A DNA stretch of 64,000 bases, from the NCBI GenBank assembly GCA_045539815.1, contig JAZQGC010000038.1, forward strand, positions 925 through 64,924, in the 5' to 3' direction. This DNA is from Candidatus Enterousia sp. GTDB taxonomy: Bacteria > Pseudomonadota > Alphaproteobacteria > Rs-D84. A program made the translations under genes and the position numbers. The notes beneath the pieces are model-generated. The model made no database searches. It saw only the letters and a program-made list of their open reading frames with translations, and was not told the DNA's origin. This document shows, in pieces, positions 54,779 through 63,952 of the stretch (within the stretch, counting starts at the first letter, position 1; every line of letters begins with the position of its first letter).

Positions 54779-55735
54779 CGATATTTTTATCGTATTCTTT
54801 TCTGTGTCGATACTTGCTCTGCCACCAATAGGAAATACAAAATATGGCATCGTGTGTCCAAAATCTAATCCTGTTATAACTGGTATTTGGCCTAATTTAA
54901 CATGGTCGTTGAAAAAATTTCGTAATCTATCACTAGTAAAATCAGAATTATTTCTAAACCTACCTATAACAACGCCCTTAATTTTATCAAAATTTGATTG
55001 TTGCGACAACGAAGCAAAATTCCGTTTGAATAAATCGATACTCATGCCGTCATCTTCTAGAAACAGTATTTTATCTGTTAAATCTGGCATATACTGTGTC
55101 CCGAACAATAAGGGCAATGTCCCAATATTGCCGCCAACAATAACTCCTTCCGCATATCCAGACCGTAGAACTTCACGACCGGGATTGTTCATAAAATGTC
55201 TATCCTCCTGATTCTTATGCCATTTATCATCACTCCAATCCTCAGAATCTACGACATCAAACTCAAATTGCTTATATTTTACGATATTAATGAACGCTTT
55301 TTCTATGTAATCAAATCCCTGTTTCATAGCGAAATGACTGAAGCAAGGACCATACAAGTTTATTAAATTCGATTTTTTAAACAAAGCATCCTGTAGTGCT
55401 GTGATATCGGAAAAACCACAAAAGATTTTCTGATTGTTTTTTATCAGTTCATAATCAATATAAGGCAGCAACTCATTAGAATTTGCACCGCCAAACGCTG
55501 CCATAACTAAATCGACATTTGGGTCGGTAAAAGCATCATGTAAATCTGCGACTCTACTTTGTACACTTGATGAACCAAACTCATCTCGTTCAAAAGCATG
55601 CTGTCCAAACGAAACATTAAACCCCAATGCGTTCAGTCTTTTTTCCGCTAATTCTCTATTAGATTCTGCCAGGTTTGCCAGACTTGCAGCTGGAGCGATC
55701 ACGCGTATATTTATTATTTTTTTATCGAAAATCAT
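54773..55735 (-). CDS. S66 LD-carboxypeptidase family protein (MccF/LdcA-like)
   Basis: IRVIAPAASL, nucleophile motif GFSDITAL, C-terminal DFGHTMPYFVFPIGG. ATG 55735; the ORF track extends to 55774. Confidence 0.8.
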   Translation of the reverse strand: MIFDKKIINIRVIAPAASLANLAESNRELAEKRLNALGFNVSFGQHAFERDEFGSSSVQSRVADLHDAFTDPNVDLVMAAFGGANSNELLPYIDYELIKNNQKIFCGFSDITALQDALFKKSNLINLYGPCFSHFAMKQGFDYIEKAFINIVKYKQFEFDVVDSEDWSDDKWHKNQEDRHFMNNPGREVLRSGYAEGVIVGGNIGTLPLLFGTQYMPDLTDKILFLEDDGMSIDLFKRNFASLSQQSNFDKIKGVVIGRFRNNSDFTSDRLRNFFNDHVKLGQIPVITGLDFGHTMPYFVFPIGGRASIDTEKNTIKISL

Positions 55736-55858
55736 GGTATTGTCCTTTGGGTTTGCATAGTGCAAATATATCAAAAGAACATATATTTATCAACTTATTT
55801 CAACTTGACTTAGGCGCCTTTGTAAGCAGTAATTGCACAACCCTAGAAGGAGGCACTT

Positions 55859-56296
55859 ATGGCGAAAATAGAACTTCCAACAACACTGGATGCTCTGCGA
55901 GCAATGCCGTTTGCAGATCGTGCGACTCTTTGGGCTAAATACAGCCCACCCCCATTCAAACGACAAATGCGGGCATTGTGGTACTATATTCAATGCGACC
56001 GCTTCAAACTGCGGATTGAACCAAAGTTCCTGACCAAGATAAAGAAATACAAAGACAATCCCACAGAATGTGTCACCCATGCGTATCATAATCGGTACTA
56101 TATCCGTCCCGGCACGGTTATAACACGAACATTCCGCGGAATCGAACATTGTGTCACAACAAATGACGATGGAACGTTTTGTTACAACGGACAAACCTAC
56201 AGAACGTTGTCTGGAATTGCGAAAGAGATTTCCGGCATAAAGATTTCAGGCCCAAAGTTCTTTGGACTAAATAAAGGGGGCAACAATGCCAAATAG
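55859..56296 (+). CDS. DUF2924-family protein (recombinase-associated)
   Basis: Strong RBS GAAGGAGG. RALWYYIQC ... YRTLSGIAKEISGIKISGPKFFGL matches the DUF2924 pattern. It overlaps the recombinase start by 11 nt. Confidence 0.7.
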   Translation: MAKIELPTTLDALRAMPFADRATLWAKYSPPPFKRQMRALWYYIQCDRFKLRIEPKFLTKIKKYKDNPTECVTHAYHNRYYIRPGTVITRTFRGIEHCVTTNDDGTFCYNGQTYRTLSGIAKEISGIKISGPKFFGLNKGGNNAK

Positions 56297-57890
56297 ATGT
56301 GCGATTTATACGCGTAAGTCAACCGAGCATGGGTTGGATATGGAATTTAACTCCCTGCAGAACCAAGAAGATGCATGCAAGGCATATATTGCATCCCAAT
56401 CATTCAACGGGTGGCAATATTGTAAAACATACAGCGATGCGGCAATATCTGGTGGAACTATGGAACGACCCGCATTAAAACAAATGTTGGACGATATGGC
56501 ACATGGGTTGGTCAATACTGTGGTGGTTTATAAGGTTGACAGGTTATCACGTTCCATATTGGATTTTCATAAGATGATGCAGTATTTCAACAAGTATAAT
56601 GCGAACTTTGTGTCCATAACCCAATCGTTTGACACCAGTACATCTATGGGTAAATTGACGCTGAATATGCTGCTGTCATTTGCCCAGTTTGAACGCGAAG
56701 TTTCCAGCGAACGAGTACGGGATAAAATACGCGCCAGTAAAGCCAAAGGTATATGGATGGGCGGCAATCCGCCGTTGGGTTATGATGTGATAAATAAAAA
56801 ATTGATTCCGAATGAGGCTGAGGCCGCGACTGTTCGGACACTCTTTGAAAAGTATCTAGAACTACAATCTGTAAATGCGCTGACCGAATATGCAGCGGCA
56901 CATAGTATATTTGCAAAACAATGGACGACCGCCAAAGGCGTCACAAAGGGCGGCCGACCCATTGCCAAAATGAGCATGCATCGATTATTGCGTGACAGGA
57001 TTTATATCGGCCAAATTGTGAACAAGACGAATAATACTATTGCCCCGGGCGAGCATCAGATGATATTACCCACAGAACTGTTTAAACGTGTACAAGTGGC
57101 CTTGCAAAACAACGCGAATAACAAGTCTGAAACACACGGTTCACCCAATTTGTTGACCGGCAAACTGTTTAATCACAACGGCGTGCGCTTTACCAATCAG
57201 CGGACTTGTGGCAAAGGCAAAACCAACACCCATTATTATGCAACCCGTGGCTTTTATCTGCCCGCACCCCAGGTGGACGATATCGTCATAAAAACTATAA
57301 CAGATTTTCTGAACAGCGATATGTCAAATCTACCTCCCAACTTAACCACCACATTAAAACGCATAGATATAACAAATATGAACTTCGCAGAAAAGCGCAA
57401 TTTGATTCAATCACTGGTTGAAAAGATTGTGTATTCACAAAACCAATTGATTTATACATTGACCACTGACACAACCAAATTACAACCATTTATGACGGAA
57501 AATTATGTAAATCAAAACTCAGATAAAATGGAATACATAATTGGTAATAACAACATAACAATTACCGAAAAAGTATTTCTACGAAAACACGTTAACACAG
57601 TATACGATCATGGCAAAAATGGTGTATTAAACGTCTCTGATAATAATCATTTAATACTCAAAGCTTTTGCCACTGCATGGCGGTACAAAGAGTTATACGA
57701 ACGATGTGGCGATGTTGATTTAGTGGCAAAAGAATATCACGTTTCGCCCATGACGGTATATAGATATTTCAACTTAGCATACATGATGCCTGATAAGGTC
57801 AATAATATTCTATCTGGGAAAACAGCTTGTAGTGTAACTAGCATTCTGAACCAAAGAAATCATCATGATGTTTTTCCAACAGTTTCATAG
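56286..57890 (+). CDS. large serine recombinase (resolvase/invertase N-domain plus recombinase and zinc-ribbon-type extension)
   Basis: CAIYTRKSTEHG...SLQNQ (catalytic Ser), VVVYKVDRLSRS, SFAQFEREVSSERVRDK, GGNPPLGY; 534 aa. Confidence 0.9.
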   Translation: MPNRCAIYTRKSTEHGLDMEFNSLQNQEDACKAYIASQSFNGWQYCKTYSDAAISGGTMERPALKQMLDDMAHGLVNTVVVYKVDRLSRSILDFHKMMQYFNKYNANFVSITQSFDTSTSMGKLTLNMLLSFAQFEREVSSERVRDKIRASKAKGIWMGGNPPLGYDVINKKLIPNEAEAATVRTLFEKYLELQSVNALTEYAAAHSIFAKQWTTAKGVTKGGRPIAKMSMHRLLRDRIYIGQIVNKTNNTIAPGEHQMILPTELFKRVQVALQNNANNKSETHGSPNLLTGKLFNHNGVRFTNQRTCGKGKTNTHYYATRGFYLPAPQVDDIVIKTITDFLNSDMSNLPPNLTTTLKRIDITNMNFAEKRNLIQSLVEKIVYSQNQLIYTLTTDTTKLQPFMTENYVNQNSDKMEYIIGNNNITITEKVFLRKHVNTVYDHGKNGVLNVSDNNHLILKAFATAWRYKELYERCGDVDLVAKEYHVSPMTVYRYFNLAYMMPDKVNNILSGKTACSVTSILNQRNHHDVFPTVS

Positions 57891-58305
57891 CGATTCTTGT
57901 AATTATTACAGGAATTCCTTCTGTTGTATTTACAAAATACTCGCCTGCAGGGATTTTTAGAATCCCTTTATTTTGCATTCCACGTGCAATTGCTAGTCGT
58001 TCATACCCAATATGGGTTGTATCAGAATAATTTGTTACATATGCTTCAAATAGTAATTCTTGTTCTTGAGGAGACAAATTATGTAAGGATTCTAATACAT
58101 ATTTTGCAGCTATTTTATATTTGATATATTTTAGTAATACTTTAATTATCCATTGTACAATAGCGGCCAAACCAATGGCCACCATAATCGCCGCACCTAA
58201 ATACTTTTCTAGATTGTAGTATTCTATAATAATCCAGGCCACTCCAACACATATGTATTGAAATGGGTTTTTTATCTGCGATATAAAAGCCGTTATAACA
58301 TCCAT
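57838..58305 (-). CDS. SieB-like (superinfection exclusion B family) membrane protein
   Basis: Two N-terminal TM segments, then LESLHNLSPQEQELLFEAYVTN...GILKI, matching the L-x-x-Lt-x-eE-x-x-L-x-x-y pattern of PF14163-type proteins as I recall it. Confidence 0.5.
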   Translation of the reverse strand: MDVITAFISQIKNPFQYICVGVAWIIIEYYNLEKYLGAAIMVAIGLAAIVQWIIKVLLKYIKYKIAAKYVLESLHNLSPQEQELLFEAYVTNYSDTTHIGYERLAIARGMQNKGILKIPAGEYFVNTTEGIPVIITRIAMKLLEKHHDDFFGSEC

Positions 58306-58451
58306 ATTTTAACCCTGTTTTCACACGTACTTTTTAGACTATGTATATCCTTGTCGACAGAAACGCTCTTACTGTCAATGAACTAAATATACCATTGTGA
58401 ATACTGGGATTTCAACTATAAAAAATCCCCAAATTACGGGGCAACTGCGGG

Positions 58452-58490
58452 ATAAAAATAAAAGGTATCCAAAACAGATACCTTTTTTAT
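58452..58490 (-). terminator. terminator downstream of tRNA-Ser(GGA)
   Basis: AAAGGTATC-CAAAACA-GATACCTTT with a T-run on the minus strand. Confidence 0.6.
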
Positions 58491-58496
58491 TATTCC

Positions 58497-58587
58497 TGGC
58501 GGAGACGAAGGGATTCGAACCCTTGATACCCTTGCGAGTATACCACATTTCCAATGTGGCGCACTAGACCAACTATGCGACGTCTCC
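58497..58587 (-). tRNA. tRNA-Ser (anticodon GGA), CCA encoded
   Basis: The reverse complement gives acceptor GGAGACG/CGTCTCC, anticodon arm CCACA-TTGGAAA-TGTGG, a long variable arm and T-loop GGTTCGAATCC. It lies 11 nt downstream of rpoZ. Confidence 0.95.
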
Positions 58588-58598
58588 GTATCCCTTGA

Positions 58599-58976
58599 TT
58601 ATTCGGCGTCTGTTTCTGCTTCTGCAACAGCTTCTTCGGCCGTTTCAGTGGCAACTTCATCCGAAGATAACGACGCTTCTAATTCTGCATCAATTTCACG
58701 CAATAATGGATCTTCGCTGCCAACTTCCAATGATTCTTCACCGGAAACCGCAGGCGTATCCTTGTAAGACTGTACAAATTCATGACGAACAGAATCAACA
58801 TCCAATTTGCCACTGGCAATCTCGCGCAGGGCAACAACTGTTAATTTATCGTTTCTGGTATCAACCACAGGTTCTGCACCACCGTTCAAATCACGAACAC
58901 GCTGTGATGCCAGCATTCCCAGCTCATAACGGCTTTCTACGTATGGTAATGTATCAGAATTTGTTGTACGTGCCAT
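58599..58976 (-). CDS. rpoZ: DNA-directed RNA polymerase omega subunit
   Basis: SRYELGMLASQRVRDL ... LTVVALREIASGKL matches RpoZ. Acidic C-terminal tail. Confidence 0.9.
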   Translation of the reverse strand: MARTTNSDTLPYVESRYELGMLASQRVRDLNGGAEPVVDTRNDKLTVVALREIASGKLDVDSVRHEFVQSYKDTPAVSGEESLEVGSEDPLLREIDAELEASLSSDEVATETAEEAVAEAETDAE

Positions 58977-59037
58977 TTCTTAAATCCTTTGTTGAAATAC
59001 TTTTTCGTCAGGCTATAATGCATTATGGACGGTCAAA

Positions 59038-60273
59038 ATGCAAGAAGAAAATAAAAAAAACAATATAAAAACACTATCTTTCGGTTGCAGACTGAATGCA
59101 CTGGAATCAGAAAAAATAAAAAATATGCTGAAACAGCGCATGGACACTGCAATTGTTGTGAACACTTGTGCCGTTACAGCCGAGGCTGAAAGGCAATCCG
59201 GCCAGGCAGTTCGACGCATCGCACGAGAAAATAAAAATGTGAACATTTTTGTAACCGGATGTGCGGCGACCAGAAATCCAGAATTGTTTGAAAAAATTCC
59301 TGGAACAACGGTAATTCATAACAAAAACAAAATGAATATGGATTACTATACAACAGATATTAACAATATTGACGCGCCACAAATCGACAAGTTTCAAAAT
59401 ACAGATACAGAACTGTCGAAAAAATTTATACAAATACAAAACGGATGCAATCATAACTGTACTTATTGTATAACACGGGCGTTACGCGGAAAATCTGTAT
59501 CTTTTAAATACCAGGATATTTTACATGATGTGCAAGATGCAATAAAAAATGGGTTTAGAGAAATCGTACTGACCGGCGTAGATATTGCATCATATATATA
59601 TCAACAAGATGATAAAATTATGTTGCTGTCTGATTTGTGTAAACAATTGTTGGCAGACGAACCAAACATACAAAGACTGCGACTGTCATCAGTTGACCCG
59701 GCTGTTCCAGATATAGAAAATATCATCAACCTGATTTTGTCTGAACCACGGATGATGAATCATATGCATTTTTCCATGCAATCTGGGTCTGATACAATAT
59801 TAAAAAGTATGGGACGCAGACATAATGCGCAACGCGTACGCAATCTGGTGGATATGTCAAAAAATAAAATTACTCTCAGTTGGGATATTATTTGCGGATT
59901 TCCAGGCGAAACAGACGAATTGTTTAACGAAACATTGATGTTAGTACAAGAAACCAAACCAATAAAAATTCATGCATTTCCATATTCGCCCCGCCCCGAT
60001 ACGCCCGCTGCATATATGCAAAACCAAATAGATAAAAGTATATCAAAAAAACGTGTAAAAATTATTAGCGATATGACAAATCAAAATCGAATTCAATTTA
60101 TGAATACACAAATCGGAAATACCGTTCAGGTACTGGTCGAAGAAAACAATATCGCCAGAACACCAAATGACATCCCGGTTAAAATATGTGGAAGTTGTAT
60201 ACCAGTAAGAACAATATGCGATGTAATACTGACCGATATTGCAGACGATATTTTTGTTGGAAAGATTTTATAA
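59038..60273 (+). CDS. mtaB: radical SAM methylthiotransferase, MtaB-like (MiaB/RimO family)
   Basis: N-terminal UPF0004 Cys triad (FGCRLNALESE, VNTCAVT, VTGCAA), radical SAM GCNHNCTYC, and a C-terminal TRAM-like region. Confidence 0.8.
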   Translation: MQEENKKNNIKTLSFGCRLNALESEKIKNMLKQRMDTAIVVNTCAVTAEAERQSGQAVRRIARENKNVNIFVTGCAATRNPELFEKIPGTTVIHNKNKMNMDYYTTDINNIDAPQIDKFQNTDTELSKKFIQIQNGCNHNCTYCITRALRGKSVSFKYQDILHDVQDAIKNGFREIVLTGVDIASYIYQQDDKIMLLSDLCKQLLADEPNIQRLRLSSVDPAVPDIENIINLILSEPRMMNHMHFSMQSGSDTILKSMGRRHNAQRVRNLVDMSKNKITLSWDIICGFPGETDELFNETLMLVQETKPIKIHAFPYSPRPDTPAAYMQNQIDKSISKKRVKIISDMTNQNRIQFMNTQIGNTVQVLVEENNIARTPNDIPVKICGSCIPVRTICDVILTDIADDIFVGKIL

Positions 60274-60332
60274 AAAAAGTTGACAATTATCATTTTTATA
60301 TTAGACTTACATCCACCAACAAAGGAATAAAC

Positions 60333-60515
60333 ATGGATAAAAACATACAATTTGACAGAAATTTACAAATCGCAGATAAAATCGTTATCACAATCGGTGT
60401 GTTGGTTACACTGGCGCTGGGTATCGGATTGGCACATGATACAAAACAATACAATAAAGCAAAACAGAATAAAATAGAGCAAGTATCAAACACCATTGGA
60501 CAAAACATAAAATAA
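60333..60515 (+). CDS. small membrane protein
   Basis: 60-aa ORF after AAAGGA, one TM segment (IVITIGVLVTLALGIGLA), followed by a terminator at 60516-60545. Confidence 0.4.
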   Translation: MDKNIQFDRNLQIADKIVITIGVLVTLALGIGLAHDTKQYNKAKQNKIEQVSNTIGQNIK

Positions 60516-60653
60516 AACGACCGCAATTTGCGGTTGTTTTATTATAAAACAACAGTATTAAATATACCATGTAAGATTTCTGGGGGGCATACCAAATTCA
60601 TAGCACAAAAAATATATTGGAAATGTGCAAAAAAATACGCTAGGATGACCAAC

Positions 60654-61826
60654 ATGAAAAAGAAATACATCGCTTTGTTTTTAATATTTATGTCCACCGC
60701 AGCACATGCTGAATTTAAAACACGCGCAAAATCTGCGTTCTTGATAGACTATGATTCTGGCGTTGAAATTGTCGCAAAAAACGCAGACACACTGATGCCA
60801 CCATCTTCTATGATAAAATTGATGACATTGGCGTTATTGTTCGACGAAATCAAGGCCGGAAATCTGACCATGGATTCAAGAATTACAGTCGGTGAAAACG
60901 CGGACTATAATAAACCAGAATGGTATCCAGCCAGCAAAATTTGTCTGGTCGCAGGACAAACAATTACTGTGCGGGATTTGATACTGGGGTTAATTGTATT
61001 ATCTGGTGGGGATGCGTCTGTGGTTGTGGCTGAACAGCTGGCCGGGACCGAGATTGCGTTTACTGATATGATGCAGAAAAAAGCACGCAGTATCGGCATG
61101 GAAAAATCAACATTTGGCAATGCCAGCGGACTGCCCAACCCAAACAATTTGATGACCAGTCGCGAACTGGCGATATTGGGACAACACTTAATCGCAGATT
61201 ATCCCGAAATATATCCGATGTTCGCAACAAAAAGATTCGAATTCAAAGAACATAAAACAGATTGGTGTCGTGAATGGGGACGCACACATACGCTGAATTA
61301 TAATAAACTGTTGTTTAATATGCGTGGCGCAGACGGTATGAAAACAGGACATACTGATGACGGCGGATACGGCATGGTCGCCAGCGCCAAGGTCGGTGGA
61401 CGCAGACTGATTGGCGTAATAAACGGATTTCACGGCAAAGGACACGATGCATTGGCGGCTGAAATGAAAAAATTACTGGAATACGGTTTTGCAACAACCG
61501 AAAATAAAGTGTTCTTTCAGCCACAAGATGTCGTAACAGAAATTCCCGTGTGGTATGGCAGAAAACCAACCGTCGCTGCAACAGTTGATAAAACATTTGC
61601 CATAACTGTTGATAAAAAAACAGGCATACGGGGCGTTCGCGTATTGGCACGCTTTAATGAACCTGTTGCCGCACCTGTCAATGCGGGCGACAAAATCGGC
61701 GAACTGATTGCCGAACAAAACGGGGTTGTTTTGGCGCGCGCACCGCTGATTGCGAAAGAACGCGTGTCAAAGACTCAATTCTTGGGACGCGTAATAAAAA
61801 ACATAAAAGTACTGATTGGATTTTAA
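60654..61826 (+). CDS. D-alanyl-D-alanine carboxypeptidase (PBP5/6 type)
   Basis: Signal peptide MKKKYIALFLIFMSTAAHA; SMIKLMT (SxxK), SGGDA (SxN-like), KTGHT. The ORF track starts at 60528. Confidence 0.88.
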   Translation: MKKKYIALFLIFMSTAAHAEFKTRAKSAFLIDYDSGVEIVAKNADTLMPPSSMIKLMTLALLFDEIKAGNLTMDSRITVGENADYNKPEWYPASKICLVAGQTITVRDLILGLIVLSGGDASVVVAEQLAGTEIAFTDMMQKKARSIGMEKSTFGNASGLPNPNNLMTSRELAILGQHLIADYPEIYPMFATKRFEFKEHKTDWCREWGRTHTLNYNKLLFNMRGADGMKTGHTDDGGYGMVASAKVGGRRLIGVINGFHGKGHDALAAEMKKLLEYGFATTENKVFFQPQDVVTEIPVWYGRKPTVAATVDKTFAITVDKKTGIRGVRVLARFNEPVAAPVNAGDKIGELIAEQNGVVLARAPLIAKERVSKTQFLGRVIKNIKVLIGF

Positions 61827-62736
61827 TAAAATGGCACCACGAAAAAAAGCAACTTCGCAATATAATTTTCCAAACCCGATGGATAACGATTATCTGGTTG
61901 GTCATGGTGATACATTGAAAAACTTTATTTCCGCATGGGAAAAACGCGATACGCACCCATTACATCCTGTTTGGATGCTGACCGGCCCCAAGGGAATTGG
62001 CAAGGCAACATTGGCATACAAAATTGCAAAAATGGTATATGGTAATATCGGGGACTTTTTTATCATTGACCAAGAAAGAAATATTGACAAGGACGGAAAA
62101 CCAAAACCCGATGGCAAGGTTATTTCTGTGTACACTGTACGTGCAATGATTGATAAAATGCAGATGTCTTCTATGTCCGGGGATTGGCGTGTGATATTAA
62201 TAGATTCTGTCGATCAATTAAATACAGCCGCATCAAACGCAATATTAAAACTGTTGGAAGAACCACCTGCAAAAACATTGTTCCTGTTGGTGGTGCATCA
62301 ATTAGCAAATGTTTTACCAACCGTACGGTCGCGCGCACGCGTTGAAAAAATGCGTCCATTATCAATATCACAACTGCGTGATTTGTGCGCAAAATTTATC
62401 CCAGAAGAAGATATCAGCACAGAAACCCTGCGATTATCCAGTGGCAGCTTTGGTAAAATTGCGAACTTAAAAACAACTGGGGGCGATGCAATCTATGCAG
62501 AACTGATTGATATGCTGCAAAGAAAAAACACAAACAGCGCAGATATTATGACAATCGCAAAAAAAATCGCATCTGCACCCGAATTATACAGCATTTTGTT
62601 GGACGCAATTGCACGATTTGGTCTGGCAAATTTGTACCCAAAAGCAACAATGGCAATCGCAGATATTAAAAACCTGAATCTGGAAGCAGAAATTGCCGTT
62701 TTTAAAATTATTATGGAAATAAAAAAATGTTTATAG
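61816..62736 (+). CDS. holB: DNA polymerase III delta-prime subunit
   Basis: LTGPKGIGKATLAYKIA P-loop-like motif, ILIDSVDQL, NAILKLLEEPP and TVRSRA (SRC-type) motifs. Confidence 0.8.
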   Translation: MDFNKMAPRKKATSQYNFPNPMDNDYLVGHGDTLKNFISAWEKRDTHPLHPVWMLTGPKGIGKATLAYKIAKMVYGNIGDFFIIDQERNIDKDGKPKPDGKVISVYTVRAMIDKMQMSSMSGDWRVILIDSVDQLNTAASNAILKLLEEPPAKTLFLLVVHQLANVLPTVRSRARVEKMRPLSISQLRDLCAKFIPEEDISTETLRLSSGSFGKIANLKTTGGDAIYAELIDMLQRKNTNSADIMTIAKKIASAPELYSILLDAIARFGLANLYPKATMAIADIKNLNLEAEIAVFKIIMEIKKCL

Positions 62737-63479
62737 ATACACATTGTCATCTGACAGATAAATATGCCGAAGATACCGATGCAATTATAAAACAAGCAAC
62801 CGATAACGGCGTCGGCGTTATGATTTGCCCAACCGCAGACCCAACAGATATACCAGATGCGATTAGTATCGCAAACAAATACAGCAATATTTTCTGCACA
62901 ATTGGTATACACCCAGAATACGCAACGGTCGATGCCACACAATACCTGACAGACGATGTGCTGAGAAATCCGCGCGTGGTTGGGGTTGGTGAAATTGGCC
63001 TGGACTATCATTACAATTCCGATAATAAAAAAGATCAAATCAATCTGTTCTTGCAACAAATTGATATCGCAAAAAAACACGCCCTGCCCGTGGCAATCCA
63101 CACGCGTGAAGCCGAAGAAGACACTGCGAATATTTTAAACGGCGATGTGCGTGGGGTCATGCATTGCTATACCAGTTCATGGGATTTGGCAAAAAAAATG
63201 TTGGACCGTGGATTCTTTTTTTCTGCCAGCGGAATATTAACATTTAAAAATTCAGACGCTGTTCGTGAAACTTTTGCAAAAATACCAACAGACAAAATTG
63301 TTATCGAAACAGACGCACCGTATTGCGCGCCCGTGCCATATCGCGGAAAAACATGCCAGCCATATATGGTTGTCGAAACAGCACGCGTATTGGCAGATAT
63401 TAAAAATTTGCATTTAAAAGATTTAGAATTTATACTGATGGAAAATGTAAAAAAACTGTATCCAAAAATAGAATTTTAA
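62727..63479 (+). CDS. tatD: TatD-family metal-dependent hydrolase/DNase
   Basis: FIDTHCHL, GEIGLDYHY, AIHTREA, HCYTSS and ETDAPY motifs. Confidence 0.9.
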   Translation: MFIDTHCHLTDKYAEDTDAIIKQATDNGVGVMICPTADPTDIPDAISIANKYSNIFCTIGIHPEYATVDATQYLTDDVLRNPRVVGVGEIGLDYHYNSDNKKDQINLFLQQIDIAKKHALPVAIHTREAEEDTANILNGDVRGVMHCYTSSWDLAKKMLDRGFFFSASGILTFKNSDAVRETFAKIPTDKIVIETDAPYCAPVPYRGKTCQPYMVVETARVLADIKNLHLKDLEFILMENVKKLYPKIEF

Positions 63480-63481
63480 AA

Positions 63482-63952
63482 ATGGCACGACAAATTATTA
63501 AATCTGGTCAGGTTTCTGAAAATCGCAAGGCGCGATTTAGTTACTCTATTGAAGATACGATAGAGGCTGGAATTTCATTGACCGGCGCAGAAATTAAATC
63601 AATCAGATATGGGTTGGTTACAATCGTTGACGGATTTGTACAAAGACGCGGTGACAACCTGTTCTTGGCGGGGGTAGAAGTACAAAAACTGCCCACAGCA
63701 GCACGGATTGTTAATTTCGACGAAAGACGCAGCAGACAATTGCTGTTACATCGCAGTCAGATTAATCGCCTGATTGGTAAATTACAAGAAAAAGGCGCAA
63801 CGATTGTGCCACTGAAATTGTACTTTAACAATCGCGGCAAATTAAAGGTTTTGTTGGGCGTCGGGTACGGAAAAAACAAAATAGATAAACGCGAAACAAT
63901 CAAACAACGCGAGTGGAACAAAAACAAAGCACGAATATTAAAGGGCGCTTAA
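63482..63952 (+). CDS. smpB: SsrA-binding protein SmpB
   Basis: NRKARFSYSIEDTIEAGISLTGAEIKSIR and the basic C-terminal tail typical of SmpB. Confidence 0.93.
   Translation: MARQIIKSGQVSENRKARFSYSIEDTIEAGISLTGAEIKSIRYGLVTIVDGFVQRRGDNLFLAGVEVQKLPTAARIVNFDERRSRQLLLHRSQINRLIGKLQEKGATIVPLKLYFNNRGKLKVLLGVGYGKNKIDKRETIKQREWNKNKARILKGA

Larger units (their letters stand above)
52734..58305. mobile_element. integrative-element or prophage remnant (minimum extent from gene content; true ends not determined)
   Basis: Serine recombinase, DUF2924, SieB-like protein and an AT-rich cargo operon, lying between a truncated ABC-F gene and tRNA-Ser(GGA). Confidence 0.55.
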
